Assembly: GCA_963737155.1 (NCBI GenBank)
Contig: CAVTRN010000002.1
Span: 2,688,001 to 2,752,000 of the forward strand
Source: Nitrospirota bacterium
GTDB lineage: Bacteria > Nitrospirota > UBA9217
Direction: 5' to 3'
Length of the DNA: 64,000 nucleotides
Shown here one piece after another: positions 11,580 to 23,200 of the stretch (positions are counted from its first letter, which is position 1; every line of letters begins with the position of its first letter). A program made the translations under genes and the position numbers. Below the pieces are notes generated by a model. It ran no database searches. It saw nothing but the letters and a program-made list of their open reading frames with translations, and was not told the origin of the DNA.

Positions 11580-11996
11580 TCACTTCACCAGCTTCTGCGT
11601 CACCAGACCGAGTTGGGTGATCTCAAGACGTTGCAGAATATCCAGCACCTCAATGACGCTCTTGTAAGATATCTTCTCATCGCCCCGTATGACCACCGGG
11701 AAGTTGGGATCCGCGCCCTTGTACTGTCGGAGCCTGCTCTCCAATTCGGGCAAAGTCACGGGAAAACTGTCGAGATAGATCGTTCCGTCCCCGGTGATGG
11801 TGATCGCCTTGGTAGTGGCTTTGACCTTGCTCGCGGCCGCACTCGCCTTGGGAAGGTTGACGCTGATCCCCTGTACGGACGCCGTCACGACGATCATGAA
11901 CACCAAGAGGAGATTCCAGGCCAGATCCAGCATGGGAACCACGTTGATCTCGTCATACACATCATGGTCGTCATAGGGGTTCTTTCCATGGCGCAT
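11580..11996 (-). CDS. exbD: Biopolymer transporter ExbD
   Basis: EINVVPMLDL..LLLVFMI, VNLPKAS, VVIRGD motifs. Confidence 0.93.
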   Translation of the reverse strand: MRHGKNPYDDHDVYDEINVVPMLDLAWNLLLVFMIVVTASVQGISVNLPKASAAASKVKATTKAITITGDGTIYLDSFPVTLPELESRLRQYKGADPNFPVVIRGDEKISYKSVIEVLDILQRLEITQLGLVTQKLVK

Positions 11997-13838
11997 CTAT
12001 TTTTCCTCTTCCAGTTTAAGGATGAAGTCGTCGATAAAAACATTCACATCGGCGTTCATGTCCTTGATTCGGCCCGTAATGTAGCTGCTGGCAAACAATG
12101 CGGGGATCGCGACCAGGAGCCCGGCAAGCGTGCAGGAAAGGGCTGATGCAACACCCGGAGCGATGGCCGCCAGGTTGGCTTCGCCGCTCTCGGCCAGTCC
12201 GGCAAACGTATTCATTACGCCCCAGACCGTGCCGAGCAGACCCAGGAATGGTCCGCCGGCAACGCTCATGTTCAAGACGACCATGCCTGCTGACAGCCGT
12301 CGGCTTTCGTACATGGCCGCCTTCTCGACTCCCGCGCGAAAGCCATTCATTGCCCGCGCCGAAAGTCCCGCCCACCCAGTGAGAGATTCTCCCCGTTTTT
12401 CGATGCCGAATTTCAATTCCTCACATCCAGCACGATAGACGCGGTAGAGCGTAGATCCCCGGAAGTCATCTTCGTTCTGGAGCAGCGACAAGGGATGTTC
12501 CAGATCCCGGAAAGATTGGGAAAAGGTCTGATTGCCCTTTTTGGCTTGGTTCAGCACCACAATCTTTTGTCGGAAGACAAAAAGGGACCCGAAGCCAAGG
12601 ATCACTAACACCCCGATAATCAGCCATCCGTCGAGGGTAATGGTCCTGATGATGACCTTCATAAGATGGATGGTAAGGGACTCACCACTACCGCCGCCTC
12701 CAGATTCTTCCTCCATATAGGATGTCAGAACGCTCTCCGGTCCCTGGCTTTGGAACGCCGCCTTGATCCAGGCAGCTGGACGTACCAAGTTCGAGAGTGC
12801 CACTTCATCCAGATCTCCCAGAAACGAGTTGTTTCCTTTTTCAGAACCGGCGATGATAATGTCCGACGAAGGCGCCGGGAGCGGCCCCTTGAAACTGGCC
12901 GAAGCTGCTTCCACACCATTCACGTAAAGGATGATCTGTTTGTCCGGTTCTACGGTCACCGCAAGGTGGTGCCAAAGGCCGGCGGTCAAGGCTGCCGTCT
13001 TCGGCGTCGTTGCCGAAGTCCCCTTACCCGACACCACGCTTCCGTAGGCCTTCCCATCATCAATGCCAACCACAATGGACTGGCTCCCGTCGTCCCAGGA
13101 GAACAGGTCAGCCATCCCTACGGTACTGCTTGGCCGAACCCAGGCTGAGAATGTGAACCCCTTGCTGAAGTTCAGGGAGGGGGACCTCGCAATGGTCATT
13201 TTATCGCCTGCAGTGCCAAGCTGAGCGCCCATTCCTATCGCCGAGGGAACGCCGAGCTTCCCTGCGAAAGAGACCGAGTGGTTACCGTAAGCGGTTGCAT
13301 CTTTCGGGTTGCCGTCCTGTTCGCGCAGGTGATACACCGCGACCTGGTTCACATCGTAGGTGCCACCCGCGTCCTGTCCGTCCGGCGCCGACGCATTACC
13401 GTAATACATCCAGATCGAATCCTGGTTCGAACTCGCGGCTACGCTGGGGACTTTTACCCAAATCAGCGCCAACTCATTCTTAGGATCAAACATTTCGAAG
13501 TGGTACTTCAACGGAGACTTATCGTCGCTGCTCACGAACCGTATGTCCGACCCGTCCACCTTGGCGTTGGAGAAACTGAAGTTACCTGTATTGAGACGAA
13601 TGAGCACCGGCACATCGTTCAAGTTCTCCTTGATGTCGGCAGCCTTTGCCGATGTATCAAACTGGATCTTTATACGATGCTGCCACTTACCATCCCACCA
13701 AGCAAGCGCGTTTGGCGCAGCTAGCAGGCCAACCATGACAATCACTCCTATGGCTGCGATTATCCTTGCGAGGGAAATTCTCGATAGCGACGATCTCTTG
13801 TTAATAAACACGGCTTTTTCACTCCTTCTCGGTCTCAT
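11997..13838 (-). CDS. exbB: DUF2341 + LamG-like + MotA/TolQ/ExbB fusion protein
   Basis: AWWDGKWQHR..DGSDIRF..IWVKVP..IWMYYGN (DUF2341); FTFSAWVRP/WHHLAVT/LYVNG/GDLDEV (LamG); GGPFLGLLGTVWGVM..IAPGVASAL..GLLVAIPA (ExbB). Confidence 0.9.
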   Translation of the reverse strand: MRPRRSEKAVFINKRSSLSRISLARIIAAIGVIVMVGLLAAPNALAWWDGKWQHRIKIQFDTSAKAADIKENLNDVPVLIRLNTGNFSFSNAKVDGSDIRFVSSDDKSPLKYHFEMFDPKNELALIWVKVPSVAASSNQDSIWMYYGNASAPDGQDAGGTYDVNQVAVYHLREQDGNPKDATAYGNHSVSFAGKLGVPSAIGMGAQLGTAGDKMTIARSPSLNFSKGFTFSAWVRPSSTVGMADLFSWDDGSQSIVVGIDDGKAYGSVVSGKGTSATTPKTAALTAGLWHHLAVTVEPDKQIILYVNGVEAASASFKGPLPAPSSDIIIAGSEKGNNSFLGDLDEVALSNLVRPAAWIKAAFQSQGPESVLTSYMEEESGGGGSGESLTIHLMKVIIRTITLDGWLIIGVLVILGFGSLFVFRQKIVVLNQAKKGNQTFSQSFRDLEHPLSLLQNEDDFRGSTLYRVYRAGCEELKFGIEKRGESLTGWAGLSARAMNGFRAGVEKAAMYESRRLSAGMVVLNMSVAGGPFLGLLGTVWGVMNTFAGLAESGEANLAAIAPGVASALSCTLAGLLVAIPALFASSYITGRIKDMNADVNVFIDDFILKLEEEK

Positions 13839-14223
13839 CTTCTACAAAATCGATCACTTTCACTTCCAGCCACTCTGCAATTAATTGATCTACCATTCGC
13901 GCTGCCTGCGCTTTTTCGGTACTTAGCCCGGATGTGTCCGTGGCCACCTGGCCTTGCGTCATGCATGAGGCCGCCAATATCCCCGCAAATGTGTCTCAAT
14001 CCGAGGCCGGCATATTTCAATTGACCTAGGGCTAAGACTGATGTTTGCGGCGGCGTTAACGAGAAGTGCGGTCAGGATTATCTATCCCCCCGAGTTCCCC
14101 GCTTTGCCGGCATAAATATTGTCGTCGCAAGCAGTCCACAGGTCCGTCAAGAAGGAGGTAAATACAATAGTCGCAACAGCATCCTCTCGTCCGGCATGAT
14201 AAAAACAGGCATTAAATAAAAAC

Positions 14224-17200
14224 TTAATAACTATTCTGATTGTTATTATCGTCTACAACAAAATCAATCACGTCCACTTCCAGCCACTTTGCAATTATGT
14301 TCTCGACCATCTGAGCCGCCTGTACATTTTCGGCACTCAGACCGGATGCATCCGCGGTTGCCTGATTGCTTTGCGTTATGCTGGAGCCTGCTAACGTCCC
14401 TAGCGACGCTCCCTCCGACGTTTGGGGCACCCCTATAGACCCGGCGCTAAAGCTGATGTTCGCGACATTGCTCACATGCAGCGCTGCCAAGGTTATTTGT
14501 CCTCCCGATATTCCAGCTTCGCCCGCGTCGATGATGCCGCTCGGAGCGAAGAGATGGATGTTGCCAGGTGGGGGCGGGTTTTCCCCATAAGTCACGGCAC
14601 GAATACCACTCCCTATGGCTGGCGGTGTAAATACGGTTATATAGAGTCCCTGGGCAGTCTTCTCCTTTTTGGGCGGGACAGCGCTGACCGAGGTGCTCGC
14701 TCCCCTACCGGCGTTGATGCTTCCCTGGTCGCTCCAGATCGTTATATCTCCTCCATAAAAGGTCATTACCCGCGACTCGTTGACGTTCACATCCTGGCTG
14801 GAGAAAATATTGATTGCGCCGCCCCCGCCAGTCGTAATGCCGGTAGTATTACTTACTGTACCGGGCGTCGGCAGTGCGGTCAGTCCCAAATTAATACTGC
14901 CGTTCGCAATCACGTATATGTCAGACTGCCCTATGGAAGTCGAGATTTGTGATGAGGTCATATTGATGTCGCCGGCACCTGTAGGCGTGCCCAGAAGCGG
15001 ATCGATCGTATCTTGTCTAGTCGTTTGCAACAACTGCGCCGCCTCACTTAAATTGCCTTCTGCCAACAACTCGGCATACGTGTCCCCGGCTGTTCGAATA
15101 TTATTAAAAAAAGTCTGAATATCTGCCGCCGATGTGTTGAACCCGTATCCCGACAGGATGACCAGAGCGCACGCTTCAGTGCCCAGCTCAAAGTTGTTGC
15201 CATTGCCCACCGCTTGGATACCATCTGGGAGCGATCCCAGATCAATGGAGCCGCCTGCCTGAACCATGAAGACGCCGGGACCGCCTTGAATGAGGCCTTC
15301 GTGGGGCGGCTGATCTACGATGGTTGAGTTGCCGGTCGTGGATGCCTTGGCATACTGCATAGTTATATCGCCACCCGCCCTGATCGTCGAAACATCGGTC
15401 TCGTTAATGTTCTGACCGACATAGGTGATGTCCTGGATATCCTGACCGGCCGTTATGTCCGCCTCTTTCGGGAACGCCATATTCAGGTTGCTTATATCTG
15501 CGCCCGCCTGGATGGTTACGGGCTGATTGTCCTGTTCATGGAGTGGCTCCATGAACGACCAGGTGCCGTTTGAGGGATCATACAGCCCATGGTTATTAGT
15601 GTCCCTCGTCAGGATCCAATGGCCGTTTTGTTCTACTTGGTAATCGTAAATGTCAAAGAGTCCGTACCAGTTCTGAGGTGCAATGTCTGACATCAGGATC
15701 GATGCGGATTGCACGTTAGTCGTAGCACTCGTACTGGAATATCCGAGTACACTGCCTCCAGCGTTCAGGCTGAGGTTCCCCGTGGGGGAAGACGTCATCA
15801 CAAAATTATTAAACAGGAAGATATCCCCTCCGGCGGTAACATTCACCGTTGCAGGCAGGACTTGCTCGTACAGCGGGGAATCCGTGTTGTCAGAAATTTG
15901 ATGATTATTATAAAAAGGAGAATTACCTTCGATCGTTACATCGGTGCCGGCTGATAGACTGATACTGGTGTCCGGCGTATAAGTACACTGCACGAAGTCC
16001 GAGTTCCTGTAAGCCTCGACAGCATCACTTGCCAGCGTGGGGTTCAGCACTGCGCCAATCTGGATCTCTCCCTGGGCGGTAACATTCATCTGGCTGTTGA
16101 ACAACTCGATTTGAACCCGTTCGTCTATCTTTGATGAAGGATCATAAGCACCGAAGTTTCCCATGGCATTGATCTCACCCTGCCCGTCCTCGTTCAGGAA
16201 ACGGCCCATGACATTCCCTCCGGAATAGATCGTAAGGTTACCTGAGCTGAAGGTGCCTGCCTGAGCTAGGAAGTCCCCTCCGCTGCGAACGACTAGGTTC
16301 CCTCCGCCCATGGTAGCCAGTCCTGCCGTACCGTCCAAATAATCGGCTGAAAATACCCCATAACTAATATTGTAATTTTTCGGCGCCGAAGGCAAAATGA
16401 CGCCTATCGTTGTAAACATATCCCAACCTGTGGGACCCGAGGTGTCCCCCAAGGTGTCCTCTGCGATAGTCCACTGGCCATTGCTGAATTTTCCCACATT
16501 CCTTCCCACCGAAAGGTTAATGTCGCCGCCTCCGTCGTATCTCCAATAATAAGCGGTAGATTGTGGACCATTTTGCTTTACTCCTTGGATTGGGAGGTTG
16601 GTTGCCGGATCAATGATCACGGGATCCAGAGGATCCGTTCCCAGGGCAGCAGATGCTGCAGCCTGTGTAAGCTGGCCGGTCGTCCGGATGGCGCCGGCAC
16701 CATCATTGCTCGGATCATTCCCAACAAGGAGGTCCAGATCGCGGCCAACGCTGATGTCAATATCACCCGTGGCTGTCTGAATAGAGCCGGCTATCGTGAG
16801 ATCGCGGCCCACATATCCGTTGATTGACCCGTTGAAGGACGCAAGGTTGTAACTCATTGCCTCTCCAAGTTCTCCATTGATCATGAACCCCGGGTTTGCT
16901 GGCGCTGTGCCAATGATTGTGTCCCCTGCTGAGGCGAAACGAATGGGTGCACTCTCAGTGTAGACAACTACACCATTGGCAATATTGAGATCCCCGTTGC
17001 CTCTGCTGTTCACTGCCAGGGGATCGGCACTCGATGTATCAGCTCCCGCTGCCAGATTGAACGCCCAGGAACTTCGTACCGTAGGAGCAGTTGTTATAGA
17101 AGTTATAGGACTACCCGATGCCTCGTATGCGGGATAGTCCGTCAGATCGCCGTTAATGTTGAGGTTCCCTGCCGCGCGGATAGTCAATACGCCAGGATTA

Positions 17201-20200
17201 TTGTCGAAGCCCAATAGGGAAAAATTCACGGGGTTAGTCATCGTAATGTTGCCGCCGGAATTAACCACTTCAATTCCGGGAAGAATATAGAACGAAGCGC
17301 CAGTGGGTGCCCCCACCTGGAGCCGCTCCAAAGAGGCATTATCTGTTGCAAAGGATACGGCTTCGTTGAGCCAGGTATTGATTAGCGGGTCTATAACAAG
17401 AGACGACTGCGAATATTGGTACGTCTGCACGGCTTCCGCATAGACCGCTGACGCGCCCTGCAGGGTTCCTCCCAGATTGATTTGCACATCGTTATCGTTG
17501 TTGCTGTTAACGTAGCGCTGGGCCCTCAGATAGATTGTGCCACCCGTACCGCCTGCCCCCCCGGACACGTCAATCGACCCATTGACATTGACCCATCCCT
17601 GCTCGGAGCTGAGGAGAACGCTGCCGCCGGTAGAACCCGCAGTGGAAGCGACAGCTTTGACTATACCGCCGGACTGAATGGTCAGATCGTTCATGGCATA
17701 CAGCTCGACGTTGCCGCCCTCGCTCCCTTCGATCGTGCCGGAAACGTTGATCTGTCCCTGTCCTGCGGTCGCATCGTCGGCGGTCAGTTTGACAGTGCTG
17801 GCCTGCAAGGTCTGTCCTGCGGCGATATTGATGTTTCCAGTGAGCGCCTCGATGTCAACGGATTCGGTAAATCCGCCTGCAGAAATAGTGCCCATGAGCT
17901 GAGTCATATCGGTATTGATCATATTCGAATTCAAATTGGAAGTTTGATAAGTATCAACAACAAGGGAACCGCCAGCGCCACCCTGAGAATTTCCTTTCAG
18001 ATCACCGTTGATCAGGACGCCTCCCAAGGGCGCTTGGAGGCTGATAAGCCCTGCGTCACCCTGGGAACCTGCTGATACATCAATCAATGATGCCGGCTCG
18101 ATGGTGGCTCCGCTGGCATCGACGGTTGCACCTTCCACGACAACGCTGCCGTTTGCCGACTTCAGGACCACCTGGCCTCCGGGTGCGTCATCAGTGCCCC
18201 GCGCGAGAAGCTGGCTACCGCTGAGCAGCGTCACACCGTTCGTCTGTCCGGGACCTGCTGCTGAAAGCATGATTGACCCACCGTCCACCTGAATCACTCC
18301 ACCCTGAGCTATTGAGCTTCCCTCGAAGTTCAGTATGCCCCCAGGGGTGGAGGTCGCGCCTGGGGTCCCACCGCTGTTGGTTATGGTTATGGAACCAGTA
18401 GGGTTCGGATTGTTCTGGTCGTTATAATAATTTGCGCCAGTATAAATCGTGAAATTCGCCGCAGTAACCGCAGTTGCGGACGTCCCGTAGGAATTATTGA
18501 CCGTCATGGTCGTACTGGCTGTCGTGACGCGTGCGGCGCTAATGCTCAGATTCGCGTTTCCCGTTGTAAGGCTTCCCTGTCCCATAAAAGTCAGATCGTT
18601 CATACTATTTAGCCCAATGGCGCTAAAACCGCCAAAGAGGACGTCTCCGCTACCAATGTTGATCTGATTAGCATTCACCGTAAAGGTCCCCGGATTAGCA
18701 GGGGCTGGGGTGATGGCGGCCGATGAAGTTCCCGAATTGGTAAGATTGACAATCGGTGCAGCCAGCGTCACTGAGGTGCCGTTACTGTTGGCTCCGATAA
18801 TCTGTGCCGAATCTAACGTCAAGCTATTGCCAGCGGAAAGCGCGGAGCTGCCCGTGAAATTAGTCCTGAACTGAATGTCATTGTTGCCAACGAGGGTGAT
18901 GTTATTGAACGTCGCGAACTGGTTCCATAGCGTGCTAGTCAGATACAGGCCCACATCGGTCGACTGTTTTCCGCCATCGAGGCCAAAGAATATCGCCGAG
19001 CTTTGCAGCGTCAGATTGCCGCTGTCGGACTTGAGTTGGCCCGAAATGTCCTCTACGTTATTCACATCCAATGTGATGCCTTGGGAGGCATATACGGAAG
19101 CCCCGGAGGCAATGGTGAGCTGGCCAGGCGTGGTAATAGCAATCTGATTGGTTCCGCTCTTTCCTGTGGCAGCCTGGACCACGCCGAGGCTTGCCCCAGA
19201 TTCTAAGGTCACCGCCTGGGCAGCCGTTAGGTTGATAGCACCTGCGTTCAGCGCTACACCTGGCATGATTGTCACGCTGTCTGTACTGCTGTTTCCCAGG
19301 TCAACCTCGCTGAAGCTCTGACCGGAGATGCTGTCGGCTGATATTGTCAGCGTGCCCCGCAAGCTGGGCTCGAGAGTGCTGTTGAACCCAAAATTAGAGG
19401 GCAGGAGGGAAGCTGCCGACGACTGAACTGAAATGTTTGTTGCAGCCAGGCTAAGCGTGCCGCCGTTATAACCGCTCAGAGCCGTGGCCTTGAGCGATCC
19501 GTCAAGGACGGTTGTTGCCCCGGTGATAGAGATGGTGCCGGCATTGCCCAGCGTCGCGGACTGCATCTCATAATTACCCTCCTGGGCCAAAACGTCCTGG
19601 GCTAGCCGGACGCTGAAGACCTCTGGCCGGGAACTCTGTATCGCCGTATCAGCTACCGCAGAATATCCGACCACCAGAGGGTATCCGCCACTCGACAGAG
19701 ACGTCGGACCCGGCAAGGAGGTGGCCGATTGCGCCTGCAGGATATAGGCACCCGGCAGGAACGCGTACCGCGCATTTTGAGGGTCATTTGCATTCAGAGG
19801 GAGCATGGTGTACATTCCCGCACTGAGTCCTCCCCCCCCCTGAAGATCAACGGCCGTTCCCGGCATCGCGAAGGAATTGTCCTTGAACACAATATAGCTT
19901 CCCGGAATTGTGAGCGGATCAACTGAGCCTTGAACTCCCGGTTGAAAAGCGTACGCAAATATGGACCCGCCACCGGAAACGTCGATCACGGACCCTCCCT
20001 TCGTGATGACTTCGTTTGCATTCAAGGTGATGCTCTCTCCAGGAAGGCTATTCGCACTGAATTGGGTCGACGACGCGGAATCGGCGCCTTCCGGGTTTGC
20101 GTTGTCCTCGGTCTCCCAGATACCGTTGGAGTCAATAAGCCCGTAATTGACAGCCGTCGTCCCTGCTGTCGTTACAACACTGCCGTTCGCAAGATAGATC

Positions 20201-23200
20201 CGCTGCCCCGGCGCCGTGAGCGTTATGCTCCCCAAGGGTGCTGCCAGAGTCACGCCGTTTTCCACGTCGATCCCACCGAGGCCCTCAATGGTCAGCCTTC
20301 CGCCCGCCGAATAGATAGGTCCATTAGCGGCAGTATCTTCAGGCTGGATCGTGTGTTGCAGGGTTACTTGTCCGTCGGCATATACTGTGTAGTCGGAGTA
20401 CATATCCGGATAGACTGTGCTGCCACTTTTTAAGGAATAATAAGTGCCAGGATATATCCGCTCCGCATCCAGTACCAGGTTTCCCGTGGTGGCCAATTGT
20501 CCAGGGGCTACAATTCCGTTTACGACATTATTATTGTACAGGGCCTGGCTCAGGGTAATGTCCCGAGCTGCCTGGAGCACCACATCGTCAAACCCCACAA
20601 AGTTCATGGAGCCGATCACATCGATCCATTGGCTGGTAAGCGTGATCTGAGAACCGGTGGTCGTTGCGGATGGTAGCTGCGCCGGCGAGTTAGTCGTATT
20701 GGTCAGAACAATCGAGGGTGCGTTTATTGCGACGTTGATTCCGGCGGCACCTGTGATCTCCGGCGCATCCAGTGTCAGTTTCTGGCCTATCGTCATATTA
20801 CTAATGGAGTTGCTGAAGATTAGAGAGTTCGGGCTCCTTAATGTCAGATTATTGAAACCCTCGGAGAGATAATAGCCCAGTTCAAGGTTACTGATTGACA
20901 TCCCCATGCTCGTATCCAGCATATTGATTGTCAGGCTGCCTCCACCGAGTCCGGCTAGTCCAGCATTTCGGGCTGTCACCGCACCTTGCACATTCAGATT
21001 GCCCCCCGTGTTTCCATAGGTAAGGGAGACACTGCCGGGGCTGCTTGCATCTTTATAGGTAACGTTCGTACCGTCTGACGCTTTAATCGTGTTCTGAACC
21101 ACCTCCGATCCCGACACATCAATCCATGCCGAGGCCGACAGTGTCAGATTTCCAAATGCCGACAAGGCCACATTCCCGCCGTTCACCGGCTGGTAGTTGA
21201 GTTTGAATCCTGCTGGCGTTGATGACGGATCGGGTTGGTTGTATCCTGTAGCAAGAATACTGGCATTGTCCCCGGCACTGTCTCCAACAACGAGATCGAA
21301 CTTCGTTGCCTGAACGCTGATATTGCCGCCAGGCGAAGAAAGCGTCCCATCCATGGCTACCGACGGCCCGGACAGGGATATCTGGGTATTCACTGCAGCC
21401 GCATTGACGGGGGTGTTATTTGCGATCCTGGTGACCGATGACACTTCAGGCGTTGTTTGAATTACGGCTCCGGGCGAAATAGTGAGGCTGGCAGTGCTGT
21501 TAGCCGTATTAATTAAGTTATTGCTAAAGATTGAGCTGCTGCCCACAAAAGAAACCCCTGCGCCAGCCACAAAAGAGGAGGGCCCTGCCATAAATGCATT
21601 AGAATCATTGAGAAGAATGAGGTTGCCAGGAAGCTCAGTCCCGTAAACCGCTTGTCCCTGGCCTTGCGGAGAAACACCTGAACTGCCTACTGACACGGGG
21701 TCATTCAACCGGACAAGCGATGGACCAATGGTCGTACCTGATTCCACTACGAGGTCGTTTATGCTGTTCAGGGTGATTTGGGTGAAACCTGTATTGTCCA
21801 GCCTGTCGCCAGCCAGCACGAACGATCCCGAAGGAGCTGAGGCTCCGCTGCCAACATATATCTCTTTTGATGCAAGCGTAATGGAGCCTCCGAGAATATC
21901 GCCGCTCGAATTAGCCAACGCATAGCCATGCAGATTGCCATCCAGTTGGATATTGGATCCCTGAATGCTCAGCGTTCCCGCATTCCCACCGGTAACATTG
22001 CCCTTCTGGTCAATGGTGTAGCCGCCGTCAACATTTACCACAGCTCCCGTCTGGATATACACTCCGGTCCCATTGTCGGTTTCATCCATAATCGAGATGC
22101 TGCCGCCGGTGGTCTGACCGTACTTAAGGGAGGCCGTGCTACTCGTCCCGACGTTGGAGTTATCGATCTTTTCGCCGGATGCATCGAGCAGGCTGCCCGA
22201 TTCCAGGATTATATTCTCAGTGAGGGGGATATAATTGCTGTTCTGGTTTCCGTTGGCGCCAATTTCGCTCGTGGAGTTCTGCACGGTGGTCAAACTGATC
22301 GAACCCCCATGGGACGTGATCTGGCCCTGAAAATCGAGCTGTCTGGCTGATGCGGAAAATGAACCCCCCGGCTGAAGCATGATGCTGGCATTGGATGCCG
22401 TGTCAATTATCAGGTTTGCGAAGAGATTCAGGCTGCCCAGGTTCGCATCGTTCACAATCTGCGCCGAGAGCAGCGTGGGCTGCCCTGCCGGCAGTATGGA
22501 ACCGGGGGTAAGGTCTGTCTGAGGATCTGTTGCAGAAAGAATAGAAATAGCCGCAGGATTGTTTGTTGCTGTCGCGCTCTCCGTGCCTATGTTGAGCGTT
22601 CCTGCCCGCGGCGCTTCGAGACCCTGCGCCTTGGAAAGCGCCAATGCATTATCGTAATCCTGCGCATTGGCAAATGACCCCTGCATGGTCCAGGTATTCT
22701 GATATTTGCCGCTCGTCGCGCTGCCATTGAGCTGTCCATCCAGGACGACCGTAGATGCCGCGAGTGTGACCGTGCCTGCATCGCCACCCTGAGTATAGCC
22801 CTTCACATAGGTCATCAGCGGAGAGGCTCCACCATAGTAAAGACCTGAAAAGGACTGCTTGATGCCATACCCGTTATACGCTTCCACGTAATTTCCCAGA
22901 ATCGCGTTATATTGAATATCGGCAGGGGCATTGCCGATGTCATAGATATTCGTGCCTGAAAGCATTTGCGTCGAATTCACCATCCCCCCAAGGTAAGTGA
23001 TAGCGCCGCCGGAAAAGTTTAGCAAAGCCCCTTGCTTGACAATAATATCTCCGTTCGTGGCTGATATATTTATGCTGCCGGTATAAGCCGTATAGGAACC
23101 ATCCGCGTTTGGCGTCATCGCGCCACCCACCAGGCGCTCCTGCGCGGTCATTTCACGTCCTAGGATCGCCTGCGAGATATCCCCTATGGCGGATCCGGAC